A stretch of DNA of 64,000 nucleotides from Eledone cirrhosa (GCA_964016885.1 OZ024742.1:158224001-158288000); one strand, 5' to 3'. Positions 40,950 to 56,300 are shown, numbered from the stretch's first letter. Numbers and translations are program-made. The notes: a model not told the origin generated them from the sequence alone.

Positions 40950-43900
40950 TTCTATATGTGTGAGCTGTGTGTTGTATCACTCCTCTATATATTCCTGGGC
41001 CATATGTTGTATTATCGCTCTATAACTGTGTGATCTAATTATTGTATCACAGATCTATATCTTTGTGAGCTGAGTTGTATCATCGCTCTATAGATGTGTG
41101 AGTTGTGTGTTGTCTCACCACTCTATATCTGTGTGAACTGTGTGTTGTATCAACCCTTTATTTATGTGTGAGCTATGTGTTGTATCACCGCTCTATAGGA
41201 TCGATATATGGGTGAGTTATGTATTATATCACCATTCTATATCTGTGTGAGCTGTGTGTTTTATAACAACTCTATATTTTTGAGAGTTGTATGTTGTACC
41301 ATCGCTCTATAGTTTTATGAGTTGTGTGTTATATAACTGCTTTCTATCTGTGTGAGCGGGGTTGTTTCACCGCTCTATATCTTTGTGAGCTCTCTGTTGT
41401 ATCATCGCTCTATATCTGTGTGAACTAAATGCTATATCATCGCTCTATATCTGAGTAAGCTGTGTGTTGTATCACCACCCTATATATGTGTGAGCTGTGT
41501 GTTGTATCACACCTCTATTTATGTGTGAGCTGTGTGTTGTAACACACCGCTATATCTGTGTGAGCTGTGTTGTATCACAGCTCTATATCTGTGTGAGCTG
41601 TGTGTTGTATCACCACTCTATATATGTGTGAGCTGTGTGTTGTAACACCCCGATATATCTGTGTGAGCTGTGTGTTGTATCACCGCCCTATATCTGTGTG
41701 AGTTGTGTGTTGTATCACCCCTCTATAGATGTGTTAGCCGCGTGTTGTATCACCGCTCTATATCTCTGTGAGCTGTGTGTTGTATCACCGCTCTATATCT
41801 GTCTGAGCTGTGTGTTGTATCACCACTCTATATCTGTGTAAGCTATATGCTGTATCATCGCTCTATATCTGTGTTAGATGTGTGTTGAATCACCGCAATA
41901 TATCTGTGTGAGCGGCGTGTTGTATCACAGCTCTATATCTGAGTTAGCCCAGTGTTGTGTCACAGCTCTATATATGTGTGAGCTGTGTGTTGTATCACGA
42001 CTCTATATCTGTGTTAGCTGTGTGTTGTATCAGCGCTCTATATCTGTGTTAGACGTGTGTTGAATCACCCATTTATATCTGTGTTAGATGTGTGTTGTAT
42101 CACTGTTCTATATATATGTGTCAGTTGTGCGTTGTATCACCGCTCTATATATGTGTAGCTGTGTGTTGTATCACAGCTCTATATCTGTGTAGCTGTGTGT
42201 TGTATCAGCGCTCTATATCTGTGTTAGACGTGTGTTGAATCACCCATTTATATCTGTGTTAGATGTGTGTTGTATCACTGTTCTATATATATGTGTCAGT
42301 TGTGCGTTGTATCACCGCTCTATATATGTGTAGCTGTGTGTTGTATCACAGCTCTATATCTGTGTTAGCCGAGTGTTGTATAACCGCTCTATATCTGTGT
42401 GAGCTGTGTGTTGTATAACCGCTCTATATCTGTGTGACTTGTGTGTTGTATCACAGCTCTGTATCTGTGTGTGCTCTGTGTCGTATCACAGCTCTATATC
42501 TGTGCGAACTGTGTGTCGTATCAACACCCGATTTATGAGTGAGCTGTGTGTTGTATCACCACCCTATATATGTGTGAGCTGTGTGTCGTATGACCACATT
42601 ATATATATGTGTGAGCTGTGGGTTGTATCACGGCTCTATATCTGAGTGAGCTGTGTGTTACAACACACCTCTATATCTGTGTGAGCTGTGTGTTGTATCA
42701 CACCTCTATAACTGAGTGAGCTGTGTGTTGTATCACAGCTCTACATCTGTGTGAACTGTGTGTTGTATCACAGCTCTATATCTGGGTGGGCTGTGTATCG
42801 TATCACCACTCTATATCTGTGTGAGCTGTGTGTTGTATCACAGCTCTATATATGTCTGAGCTGTGTGTTGTATCACCACTCTATATCTGTGTGAGCTGTG
42901 TGTTGTATCACACATCTATATCTGAGTGAGCTGTGTGTTGTATCACATCTCTATATCTGCGGTGGCTGTGTATCGTATAACAGCTCTATATATGTGTGTT
43001 CTGACAACCCTCTATATCTGTATGCGCTGTAAGTTGTATCACCACCCTATATATGTGAGAGATGTGTGTTGTATCACACCTCTATATCTGAGTGAGCTGT
43101 GTGTTGTATCACAGCTCTATATCTATGTTAGCCAAGTGTTGTATCACAGCTCTATATATGTGTGAGCTGTGTGTTGTATCACCGCTCTATATGTGTGGGA
43201 GCTGGTGTTGTATCACCCCCCTGTATATGTGTGAGCTGTGTGTTGTATCACTACCGTATATATGTGTGAGCTGTGTGTTATATCACCACCCAATATCTGT
43301 GTGAGCTGTGTGTTGTATCACCACCCTATACCTGTGTGACCTTTGTGTTGTATCACAGTTCCATATCTGTGTGAGCTGTGTGTTGTATCACAGATCTACA
43401 TCTGTGTGAGCTATGTGTTGTAAAAACCCTCTATATCTGAGTGAGCTGTGTGTTACAACACCCCTCTATATCTGTCTTAGCTGTGTGTTGTATCACACCT
43501 CTATAACTGAGTAAGCCGTGTGTTGTATCACAGCTCTACATCTGTGTTAGCCGAGTGTTTGTATCACAGCTCTATATCTGTGTGAGCTGTGTGTTTTATC
43601 ACAGCTCTATATGTGCGTGGGCTGTGTATCGTATCACCACTCCATATCTGTGTGAGCTGTGTGTTGTATCACAGCTCTATATATGTCTGAGCTGTGTGTT
43701 GTATCACCACTCTATATTTGTGTGAGCTGTGTGTTGTATCACCACTCTATATCTGTGTGAGCTGTGTGTTGTATCACCACCCTATAAATGTGTCAGCTGT
43801 GTGTTGTATCACACATCTATATCTGAGTGAGCTGTGTATCGTATAACAGCTCTATATATGTGTGATCTGTGTGATGTATCACGGCTCTATATCTGTGTGA

Positions 43901-46900
43901 GCTGTGTGTTGTATCAGCGTTCTATATCTGTGTGAGCTATGTGTTGTAACACTCCTCTATATCTGTGTGAGCCGAGTGTTGTATCACAGCTCTATATATA
44001 TTTGAGCTGTATGTTTTATCATCGCTCTATATTATGTGTGAGCTATGTGTTGTAACACCCCTCTATATATGTGTGAGCTGTGTGTTGTATCACACTTATA
44101 TATGTGTGTGCTGTGTGTTGTATCACCGCTCTATATCTGTCTGAGCTGTGTGTTGTATGACAGCTCTATATATGTGTGAGCAGTGTGTTGTATCACCACT
44201 CTATATCTCTATGAGCTGTGTGTTGTATCACAGCTCTGTATATGTGTGTTTTATCACCACTCTATATCTGTGTGAGCTATGTGTTGTATCACCTCTCTAT
44301 ATCTGTGTGAGCTGTGTGTTGTGTCACCGCTATATGTATGTGTGAGCTTTGTGTTGTATCACACTTCTATATATGTGTTAGCCGAGTGTTGTATCATGAC
44401 TCGATATCTGTGGGAGCTCTGTGTTGTATCACAGCTCTATATATGTGGGAGCTCTCTGCTGTATCACAACTCTATATATGTGTGAGCAGTGTGTTGTATC
44501 AACACTCTATATCAGTGTGAGCTCTGGGTTGTATCACCACGCTATAAATGTGTGAGCTGTGTGTTGTATCACAGCTCTATATCTGTGTTAGCCGAGTGTT
44601 GTATCATGACTCGATATCTGTAGGAGCTGTCTATTGTATCACAGCTCTATATATGTGTGAGCTCTGTGTTGTATCACCACTCTATATATGGGTGAGCTCT
44701 GTGTTGTACCACACCTCTATAACTGAGTGAGCTGTGTCTGGTATCACCCCTCTATGTATGTGTGAGCTTTGTGTTGTATCACATATCTATATATGTGTGA
44801 GCTGTGTGTTGTAACACCCCTCTATATATGTCTGAGTGTATGTTGTATCGCAGCTCTATATATGTGTGAGCTGTGTGTTGTATCACATCTCTATAAATGA
44901 GTGAGCTGTGTGTTCTATCGCACCTCTATATCTGTGTGAGCTGTGTGTTGTATCACAGCTCTATATACGTGTGAGCTTTGTGTTGTATCACATCTCTATA
45001 AATGAGTGAGCTGTGTGTTGTATCGCACCTCTATATATGTGTGAGCTGTGTGTTGTATCACAGCTCTCTATATGCGTGAGCAGTGTGTTGTATCTCCACT
45101 CTTTATCTGTATGAGCTGTGTGTTGTATCACCATCCTATATCTCTGTGAGCTATATGCTGTATCATCGCTCTATATCTGTGAGAGCTGTGTGTTGTATCA
45201 CAGCTCTGTATATGTGTGAGCTCTGGGTTGTATCACCACCCTATACATGTGTGAGCTGTGTGTTGTACCACAGCTCTATATCTGTCTTAGCCCAGTCTTG
45301 TATCATGACTCGATATCTGTGGGAGCCGTCTGTTGTATCACAGCTCTATATATATGTGTGAGATATGTTTTGTATCAACACCCTATAAATATATGAGCTG
45401 TGTGTTGTATCACCACTCTATATATGCGTGAGCTGTGTGGTTGTATCACACATCTATATCTGAGTGAGCTGTATGTTGTATCACACCTCTATATATGTGT
45501 GAGCTTTGTGTTGTATCACATCTCTATATATGTGTGAGCTGTGTGTTGTAACACCCCTCCATATTTCTATATGTGTGAGCTGTGTGTTGTCTGATAGCTC
45601 TATATATGTGTGAGCTATGTGTTGAAACACCACTCTATATCTGTGTGAGCTGTGTGTTGTATCACCGTTTATATCTGTGTGAGCTGTGTGTTGTGTGACT
45701 ACCCTATATCTGTGTGAGCTGTGTGTTGTATCACCACCCTATATCTTTGTGAGCTGTGTGTTTTATCACAGGTCTACATCTGTGTGAGATATGTGTTGTA
45801 ACATCCCTATATATCTGTGCGAGCTGTGTGTTACAACACCCCTCAAATCTCGGTGAGCTGTGTGTTGTATCACAGCTCTGTATATGTGTGTTTTATCACC
45901 ACTCTATATCTGCGTGAGCTATGTGTTGTATCACCTCTCTATATCTGTGTTAGCCGAGTGTTGTTTCATGACTCGATTTCTGTAGGAGCTGTCTATTGTA
46001 TCACAGCTCTATATATATATGTGTGAGATATGTTTTGTATCACCACCCTATAAATATGTGAGCTGTGTGTTGTATCACCACTCTATATATGTGTGAGCTG
46101 TGTGTTGTATCACCACTCTATATATGTGTGAGCTGTGTGGTTGTATCACACCTCTATATCTGAGTGAGCTGGGTGTTGTATCACCCCTCTATATATGTGT
46201 GTGCTTTAGTGTTGTATTACATCTCTATATATGTGTGAGCTGTGTGTTGTAACACCCCTCCATATCTGTCTGATCTGTATGTTGTATCACAGCTCTATAT
46301 CTGTGTGAGCTGTGTGTTGTATCACACCTCAATATATGTGTGAGCTGTGTGTTGTGTCACCACCATATATATGTGAGAGCTGTGTGTTGTATCACCGCTC
46401 TATATTTGTGTGAGCTGTGTTTTTTAACACCCTTCTATATATGTGTGAGCTGTGTGTTTTAACACCCTTCTATATATCTGTGAGCTGTGTATTGTATCAC
46501 CGCTCTATATCTGTGTTAGCCGAGTGTTGTATCATGACTCGATATCTTTGTGAGCTGTCTGTTGTATCACCGCTCTATATATGTGTGAGCTCAGTGTTGT
46601 ATCACCACCCTATAAATGTGTGAGCCCCGTGTTGTATCACCACTCTATATATGTGTGAGCTGTGTGTTGTATCACCACCCTATATATGTGTGAGCTGTGT
46701 GTTGTGTCACCACCGTATATATGTGTGAGCTGTGTGTTGTGTCACCACCCTATATCTGTGTGAGCTGTGTGTTGTATCACCCCTCTATATCTGTGTAGCT
46801 GGGTGTTGTATCACAGCTCTATATCTGAGTGAGCTGTGTGTTGTATCACCGCTCTATATCTGTGTGAGCTGTGTGTCGTATCACCGCTGTATATCTGTGT

Positions 46901-47820
46901 GAGCTATGTGTTGTATCACAGCTCTATATCTGAGTGAGCTGTGTGTTGTATCACCGCTCTATATCTGTGTGAGGTGTGTGTCGTATCACCGCTGTATATC
47001 TGTGTGAGCTGTGTGTTGTATCACAGCTCTATATCTGAGTGAGCTGTGTGTTGTGTCACCGCTCTATATCTGTGTGAGCTGTGTGTTGTATCACCGCTGT
47101 ATATCTGTGTGAGCTATGTGTTGTATCACAGCTCTATATATGTGTGGGGCTGTGTGATGTGTCACGGCTCTATATCTGTTTGAGCTATGTGTTGTAACAC
47201 CGTTCTATATCTGTGTGAGCTGTGTGTTGTATCACACCTATATACCTGTGTGAGATGTGTGTTGTATCACTTCTTCATATCTTAGTGAGCTGTGTGTTGT
47301 GTCACCGCTCTATATCTGTGTGAGCTGTGTGTTGTATCACACCTATATATCTGTGTGAGCTGTGTGTTGTATCACACCTATATATCTGTGTGAGCTGTGT
47401 GTTGTATCACCGCTCTATATCTGTGTGAGCTGTGTGTTGTATCACCCCTCTATATATGTGTGAGCTGTGTGTTGTATCACAACCCTATATATGTGTGAAC
47501 CGTGTGTTGTATCACCACCCTATATATGTGTGAGCTGTGTGTTGTGTCACAGCTCTATATCTGAGTGAGCTGTGTGTTGTATCACCTCTCTATATATGTG
47601 GGAGCTGTGTATTGTATCACAGCTCTATATATGTGTGAGCTCCCTGTTGTATCACCAACCTATAAATGTGTGAGCTGTGTCTTGTATCACTCCTCCATAT
47701 CTGAATGAGCTGTGTTGTATCACCACCCTATATATGTGTGACATGTGTGCTGTATCACTCCTCTAAATCTGAGTGAGCTGTGTGTTGTATCACAGCTCTA
47801 TATCTTTGTGAGCTGTGTTG
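40950..47820. repeat. 35-bp minisatellite/satellite, roughly 190-200 units
   Basis: Consensus CTATATCTGTGTGAGCTGTGTGTTGTATCACAGCT. Confidence 0.97.
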
Positions 47821-48209
47821 TATTTAACTATTTTGATAAGTCAGTCTTAGTTCTTATTTGGAGTATTATTTTTCTTCAGATTTTTTTACTTGCAAGGCCA
47901 ACTTCAGATTTAGCAGGGTTAATTAGTCTACAGCTAGATCTATTAGTGAACTCTGATTTATAGTCTTTAAGGGTACTATATGCTTTACGTTTAGCTAGGC
48001 TTTCAATCCGGTTAAATATTTTTAAAATATTGTGTTTATTATTTCATTTTTACTCCCTTCTTGTCCTCACTTACCCACTAGGTTTTATGTTCGCAGATAG
48101 GGCTGTGTGAGGGCGCATTCGCAGACTCATGTGTACTTACATTTATAGGGTTTTTATTATTCTTTTGTACATGTGTGTGAGTTTGTGTGTATTTCTGTAA
48201 GTGTGCTTG

Positions 48210-48298
<89 letters not shown>

Positions 48299-48689
48299 TT
48301 ATATATGCATATTTGTGTATATATATATGTATGTATGTATATGTGCGTGTGTATATGTATGTATGCGTGTCTATGTATGTATGTCTAGGTATGTATGTGT
48401 GTGTGTATGTGTGTGTGTGTATATATATAAATCTAAATATATATATATATGTGTGTATGTGAATGTATATATGTTTGTGCGTATGTGTATATGTTCGTGT
48501 GTACATGTATAATATATATGTGTGTAGATGTATATATATTTATATATATATATACGTGTGTGTGTGTGTATGTGTGTGTGTGTGCGTATGTATTTGTATA
48601 TATGCGTGTATGTGTATATATATATATTTATATATATATATGTGTGTTTGCATGTTTTTTACTTACGTGTGTGAGTTTATTTATGTATA

Positions 48690-48880
48690 TAATTGTTTCT
48701 ACTTTTGGCACAAGGCCAGCAATTACCCAGTGTATTACTGGTACTTTATTTTATCGACCCCGTAAGGATGAAAGGCAAAGTCAACCTCAGCGGGATTTGA
48801 ACTCAGAATGGCAAGGGCCGTAACTCTATGCGTCAAAGCATGGCGTCCGACCCTCTACCGATACTGCCAATCCACCGCCC
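48690..48880 (-). mobile_element. Young SINE copy with TSD
   Basis: Full-length family member flanked by TATTTATGTATATAAT on both sides. Confidence 0.9.
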
Positions 48881-50000
48881 TATTTATGTATATAATATAC
48901 TTTAATTTGGTTCTATGTATGTGTTTACGTTTTTAGTTGTGTGTATGCAGTGATTATATGCCTTTGTTTTTTGTCTGTATAGTCTTACGTATGGTTTTGT
49001 CTGCATGTATTCTTTACGCGCGAGTGCGCGTACGCATGCGGTTAGTTTGTACGCCCATTTGGTTGTATGCTTATTTTCTTACGTGTGTAAGCGTGTGTAT
49101 GTGGTTGTGTATACGTATTTTTGCACGCTTGTGTGTGTGTACTTGGATGTGTATGTATGTTTATTTTAATATTTATATTTTTGTGTATATATTTATTTAT
49201 ATATATATATGTATGGGTGTATGTGTGTGTATCCATGTATATATATATATATATATGTAAGAATATTCTGTGTATGTATTTATATATATATATGTGTATG
49301 TGTGTGTTTATGTATATATTTATATATGTATATATGTGTATGTGTATGTATATATTTATATATGTATTTACACCTACATTTGTGTATATGTTTTTATACG
49401 TGTGTATGAGTGTTTGTGCGTGCGTGTGTTTGTATGTATGTGTGTATGCATGTATATGTATATATACATATATATATATATGTGTGTGTGTGTATTTTTT
49501 GTATGTCTATATATGTATATTTTATTTTGTATATCTGTATTTTTTTATAATTGCATACCTCGTGTATTTGTTTATTTTTATTTGCCCCCCCCCCTCTCTT
49601 ATATTTGACAACGTGCATCCTCTGTCTATTTTGTCATTGTTTTTTTTATTTTTGACTTGGAATATTTTTGGTTCTTATTCATTTATTTATTTATTCTTAT
49701 TACTTCATGTATATGTATGTATTTGTCCATGCCGGTTGATACATATACGCTTATGTGACAGCTTATGTCTAAGTAATTTTTAAGTATATGCGCGTCGTCG
49801 AGTGTGTGTATGTTTGTTCATTTATTTATTTTATATATATGTGTGCGTGTGTGTATATATGTATATATATATATGTGTGTGTATATATACATATATATAT
49901 ATATCCCTTTTTTTCTTCATCGCTCGTTGTTTCCTAGGCCTCAATTTCATTTCTTATATTTTTGTTTTCAAATCCACATTTAATAAAAACACCATGTTTT

Positions 50001-50059
50001 ATTCATGCTGACGACTGAAAGCAGATCTATTTGCTTTCAAGAAACCACTGGTGAATGAA
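50001..50059 (+). ncRNA. Degenerate type I hammerhead (family J)
   Basis: TTCATg-CTGACGA-cTGAAAGCAGAT(ct)ATTTGCTTTCAa-GAAA-CC(act)GG-TG-aATGAA; the triplet GUG is non-cleavable. Confidence 0.6.
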
Positions 50060-50153
50060 ATAATTATCTTATGCTGTTTTTTTATATAACTAATAAGCTC
50101 TGTAACCTACATAGAGCACTCTTTTTTCCTGTACCTTTCCGACGGAATTACTT

Positions 50154-50238
<85 letters not shown>

Positions 50239-50367
50239 TTGTGTGCATAGCTTAGAAGCTTAGATTTAAAGTGGGTCTACTAATACTTTTCTAAGAACAA
50301 TAGTTAATGTAGTGAACTATTTACAGACCTGGTAGGCCACACTTTTTGATGCCATTGTTCCCGAAAC

Positions 50368-50417
<50 letters not shown>

Positions 50418-53400
50418 GGCGACCTACGTAGTAAATCGTATCATCGTGAGCTCCGCAAAGGTTTGTTATTTTCAGTTATTTAAAATTGCCATTTATGGAA
50501 AATTTTTATTGTTAACTATATATAAGTGCACATACATTGATTTCTGAAAAGGACACTCAAAAATATTGGGGCCTTGAGCCCAAAATTTAAACTTTTTATA
50601 ATTATCAAACAAAATTTTTTTTCTTTGAAAAATAATGGATGACTCAGATTCACTCCTTCCTCACAATCCAACACCTCACACCGACACCACCATTGTAAAC
50701 ATTGGTACGTTTGCCAACACTAGAATTGTAAGCAGTAGAAATATTTTAAATTTGTCTCAGGCAGACGTTCATTTCCTGCCATTACCAATGACTGCAGGTG
50801 TTAAAGCCGCCACCAACACCACCGCGACAACCACCAGCCCACCACCACCACAACACCCACCCACCACCACTACAGCGACAACAGAAACAAAAGAAAAAAT
50901 AAATTAACTCATGATATCGAAATGAATTCAACCAAAATGAACTCTTCCACATCGAACACCACTGACGCCACCACCACCACCACAACTGAAACTAAAATTA
51001 ACAATAGAAAAATAACGATAATAACAACAGCAACAATGACATTAAGAAAACCACCCTGAGTTTTGCCAGAGTAGCAAAAACGTGCGAAGCGATCCAGGTA
51101 ACTCAGGAAGAATTAGACGAAGCCAAAGGAATGGTAAAGAAAGATGGGTACAGGGTCAGCCCCCCCCCCCTCCCCCACCTAATAAAATGGAGCAACGACG
51201 CCTATGCACCGTGTCTTATCGGACAATAAACATAAAATCGCGCCGAGTGGAACGGGCATCTGAGTCCCAAATCCCAAAAGCTTTGGGACATGTGTGGGCA
51301 AAAAACCCCCACATCAGACGTAGGTAGAAGTATGGAACCGTGGACGTGTTCTTTGTAACACCACAGGAGGCTAGAGAACACTCCATGGCCCCATTAAGAA
51401 GTGACGACTTCACACTCATCCCAAGCTAATGTGGAAAGAGACTTGTGAAGATCAGGGTGACCCACGTTCCACAGGCCATCGAAATTGCCTGGCTAATAGC
51501 TGCCGACCTCGCCGGCATCGAGGCCAACACAAAAATAATAGAAATAGCAAAAGAAAAGCAGGAGAACTGGTCCGGATCTGGGATGGAGCTCCTGATCCAA
51601 GAGACCATAAAAGCATTCAGGAGATTTCTGAGGTAATATACCTCACTGACGGCAGCCACCTCACCGTAATCGTCGAGGGCAGAAGACCTAGGTGTGTCGT
51701 TTGTGGTGAAGGAACCGACCTAAGGGCTTTCTGCTCTCAGGCAAAAAGGTTGAGGCCACCTCTCCTACCCACCCCAGTGACTCAACCATCAACACCACCA
51801 GCAGCAGAAATAGCAGCAACAACTGTAGCAGTAACAACAGAAGCAATTGTAACAGCAACAACGCCACTAACAGTAGCAAAACCAACACCACCACCACCCA
51901 ACGCCCCAGCGCCTACATTATCCACCACGCCACAACCAAAACCAACGCCTGTGGAGGATTTTCCACTCCCCGGTTTATCGCAACTGGAGACAGATTGTGA
52001 CGACGAGGAGTGGGAAACGGTATAAGGAAAAAAGAAAAAATTCTCTTCCTCCCCCCTCAAAAAACAAAATACAGAGGGAAACAAATAAATGATCGAACAA
52101 GAAAGTTAAGAGAGATATGCCACCATCCACACCAGCATCACCAACTCCATCACCACAAACACCAACACCATCACCATCATTAACCCCAACACCACCATCA
52201 CCAACACCACAAAAGTCAACAAAAAGCGTAACAGAAACAAACCCACAACAAACGCAAACAAAACAAAACAACCAAAACGATACACACTACACAGCATTAA
52301 ATTTGAACAACAACCAATTATTACACTAGATGCAACACAACACCAGCATCACAGAAAAAGACTACACAACAACCCCAAAATTCACACCACCTCCACACAT
52401 ACAAATCACTCGCATCACACAGAAAACGTACACGACACTAAAACAAAAATTCCCCCAAAGACATCGGAGACTACGGACAAACACTCTCCAGGAGGATTTA
52501 TAAGGACATCCTTCCGGAGGAGGCCACAAGCAGTGAAAAGGATGGACAAACCATCCTTCCTCTACGAGAAGTAAGGTAAGTGGTTTTCCCATCTTTTACA
52601 CTCCATTTCAACATGACCTCACTCAGAATAGGCAGCATAAATGCGCGTGGCTTGGGGTGGTCATGGAAGCAGGGCCACCTGCTCAACGACCTCAGGTCAC
52701 TAAACATAGATGTAGTGGCCTTCAGCGAGACCAGAATCTCCGAAGCACGGGCCTTCGCACCGATCTTCAGCGGCTACGATGTGTACGCATCTCCAAGCCG
52801 TCCGGGATCGGGGGGAGGAGTTGCTTTGCTTTTTCGGAGAGGTTTGGATCTCGCCATACGGGCCATCTTCCTGGACCTATAAGGTAAGTTGGTGGTACTA
52901 GACGTGACCAACGGAGACGGGCAAGCTTTCAGGCTAGTGGCCGTCTATGCCCCGCCAGGAGCAGGGCAGCCTGATTTCTTCCGGCGTCTGGAGACCTTTC
53001 TTGGAACATCCCGCTCTTTAGTGTTAGTGGGCGACTGGAAGGGGATCTTAGATGCACACTGGGATTGTGTGGGATTAGTGGATAGGGAAGGAGGGTGCAA
53101 GAGTCTCACCAACCTGCTCAGGCGTTTTGAACTGTCTCACAGGTACCGATTGGATTTCCCGAATGTGCCAATGTGGACTTGGACAAATCGCATAGGGTCA
53201 TCCAGATCATATCTAGATAGAGAATTTTGTAGAGAAATAGATAGGTCTAGCGTAGGCTGTCCACAATTCAAGTTAGTCATCTACACGGACCACAAATTCG
53301 TGATCTGTGTACTTGACTTAGATAGGTTTCATAGACGAGGACCCGGCTACTGGAAGCTAAACGCGTCCTTACCAGCGCACAAGGCCTACAGAGACCGGAT

Positions 53401-56300
53401 TAGCGAACTAGATAAGCGGGCGTTGACGGCGGTCATCGTCAACAACAAGTGGTGGTTTGCTCTGAAAAGAGCAATTAGAATAGAGTCCATTATCTTTAGT
53501 AAGGCTTTAGCAATAGAGAAAAATAGAGCAGAGGGAGAATTAGTTAGAAAATTAGACGAGGCGCTTAGCAAAGGCATCGCGACCGACGTACTTGCGGCGA
53601 AATTGGCCCTTGACCAATTCTTCAATGCAAAGCACGAAGGCTGCGTTGTCAGAGCTAGGGTGCGTGCTCTCAGACACAAGGGGACGAAAGCGGTTCAATG
53701 GGCCCGAGTGGCGGAGGCGCCTCCTGGCAACAAAGCCACGATCCGGTCTTTGGTGGACCACGACGGGCGCATGCTACTCGATCCCGGGCAAATGTGTGAA
53801 GCTTTTCAGCGACACTTCGCTCAGTTGTTCGAGGGCAGCGGCGGGCCGGATCGAGGGATGGAGTTTAGTGTCTACCTCGACGGACTGCCGCGGCTCTCGG
53901 CCACTGAGGCGGAGTGTTGCGAAAAGCCGATAACAGCCGGGAACCTGGCACGGGTGGGTCTTTGATCAATTTAGATCAGTCGAAAGCTTTCGATAGGGTC
54001 GACCATCGTTACCTAGCGGCAGTCCTGAGGGCGGCTGGTTTTGGGCCCGTCTTCAGAGGCTGGATCGCTGCCATGCACAGCGACATCTGCTCTGTGGTGA
54101 GAGTGAACGGTCACCTTTCGGAACCGTTCAACATCATGCGCTCGGTCTGGCAAGGATGTCCCCTCTCGTCCCTATTGTACGTATTGACTCTCGAGCCATT
54201 ACTGCACAAACTGGAGACGTTGAGGGGGGCCCCGCGCAAACTAGGATGCGGATATCCGTGTTAGTATATGCGCACCATGTCACCGTAGTGGTGTCGAACG
54301 CCAAACACATCGAGGCGATCGGCACTACACTAAGTGAATACGAAGCGGTGACAGGAGCAATGATCAACCAGGAAAAGTCAGTGGGCCTGCAGCTCGGCAG
54401 CTAGAGAGGCAGGTCCATGCCGTCCAACAGCGTCATCGGGCGCTGGACGGACGGACAAATTAAATTGCTCGGGGTTTGGTTCGGTCTGGATCTCCAGACG
54501 GACAAAAACTGGGACGAGGTGATGAGCAGGGTGGCTTCTCTCACCCAGAAATGGGCCGAGAGGAAGCTATCCCTGAACGGTCGAGCGGAGGTGACTAACG
54601 CGTATATCGCGTCCGTCATCTACTACCGCCTGACCGTCGTACCTTGTCCTAAGCCCCGCCTGACTGCGCTGGAGCGTTTTCTCTTTCGCTTTTTGTGGAA
54701 GGGACGCGCTCCGATGGTCAGGCGGTCCATCTGCTGACAACACCCGCTACGTGGAGGGCTGGGAATGCCGTGGCTGATGATGCGCAGACTCGCGCTCAGG
54801 CTACGACATCTCCACCTCTTCCTCGACGGTGATCAGGTGTGGTCGCCGTTTGCTAGACACGTTTTTCCCCAGCTCGTCTCCTTGACGGAGCTGCAGTCCT
54901 GGGTCAAGCTAAGACCAAGAGGGAGCGCTTGGAGACTGGAATGTCTTCAGGCGCTCACAGCCCTCGACCAATCGGGCAAAGTGATCGGTGGAAACTCCAC
55001 CTTGGGGTTCTATAGAGGATAAGTGGAGGGGAAGAGCGAGGACGTACTTGGGGAAACTCTAGGCGTCGACGAAAATCAACTAGCCAATCTTCAGAAGAAC
55101 TTTCGGGCCGGGGCCTATAGACAACTTCCAGAAATCCCTGGCCTGGCAGTGCTACCGAGGTGCTTTGCCAGTTCGGGATAAACTCTACAGGCATGGAGGT
55201 GCCGTCAGCCGGGCATGTCCGAGATGCGCGCAGGGCGACGAAACCGTCCTGCACGCACTCGTCCAGTGTCCGAGCATTGCTAACTTGTGGGTTATGTCGA
55301 ACACCTGCTGTCGCGTGTGGGACGGATCCAACTATCAGCTGAGTCCATCGTGAGGATTGCCCCGCCCTCATCCTTTAGCCGGGAAGGGCAGGCAGTTTTT
55401 ATCTCTCTGGTGGCCATGGCGAAAGAGCTAGTATGGTGGACACGTTTGAAAGGGCTGAAGACGAGCACTTACCTCTTCGGTGATGCCCTGATTAACTTTT
55501 TCAAATTTCATTTGAAAAGGAAAATCAGGTTAGAAAGGGAAGTGCTCTCTTCCCAGCATTTTGTTGAAAGATGGGTGAGAGAGGCAAGAATGGCCTGAGT
55601 GAATGGGCCTACTCTGAGTATGTGTCTGTAAATTAAAGGTGGAAAACTGGGAGAGGGCACTTGCCCTGGTGGTCAGAGTCACTGTTGCTTTTTAATGGGC
55701 TTTCTCCACCAATGTCCCTCGGAAGTCTCCCCCCTATTGGGGAATATTTTCATTGTTCTATTATTACATCCTCTGTTTCTTGTTTTTTTAACACGCAGAA
55801 ATGCCCATTTGTACCGCCCTGTATTGTCCTGTACTGTCCTTAATGTCTACTTTATGTAAACCCTTGTGGTTAATAAAGAAATCATTATTATTATTCAAAT
55901 TTCATTTGAAAAGGAAAATCAGGGTAGAGAGGGAAGTGCTCTCTTCCCAGCATTTTGTTGAAAGATGGGTGAGAGAAGGAAGTATGGTGCGAGTTAATGG
56001 GCCTACTCTGAGTATGTGTCTTTAAATTAAAGGTGGAAAACTGGGAGAGGGCACTTGCCCTGGTGGTCAGGGTCACTGTGGCCTTTTAATGGGCTTTCTC
56101 CACAAATGTCCTTCGGGGTCGATAAAATAAAGTACCAGTAATGCACTGGGTAATTGCTGGCCTTGTGCCTAAAGTAGAAACAATTATTACATCCTCTGTT
56201 TTTTTTACCCGCAGAAATGCCCATTTGTACCTCCTGTATTGTCCTGTAATGTCCTTAATGTCTACTTTATGTAAACCCTTGTGGTTAATAAAGAAATCAT
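50418..56300 (+). mobile_element. Tx1-clade LINE, copy A (inactive)
   Basis: Starts right after (TTA)n. ORF1 ~50635-52579 and ORF2 52613-55631 carry stops and frameshifts, with a ~400-bp RT deletion at ~53937. The 3' end is partially duplicated (55893-56300). Confidence 0.9.

Noticed and set aside
40950-47820. CRISPR-like array or Cys-rich protein gene
   Set aside because: Repeats abut with no unique spacers, no cas genes, eukaryotic context. The 35-bp period cycles through frames with frequent stops.
50782-52592. Antisense ORFs over Tx1 ORF1, and those over the RTE/PLE/Dong ORFs
   Set aside because: Shadow frames of low-complexity or coding retroelement sequence.
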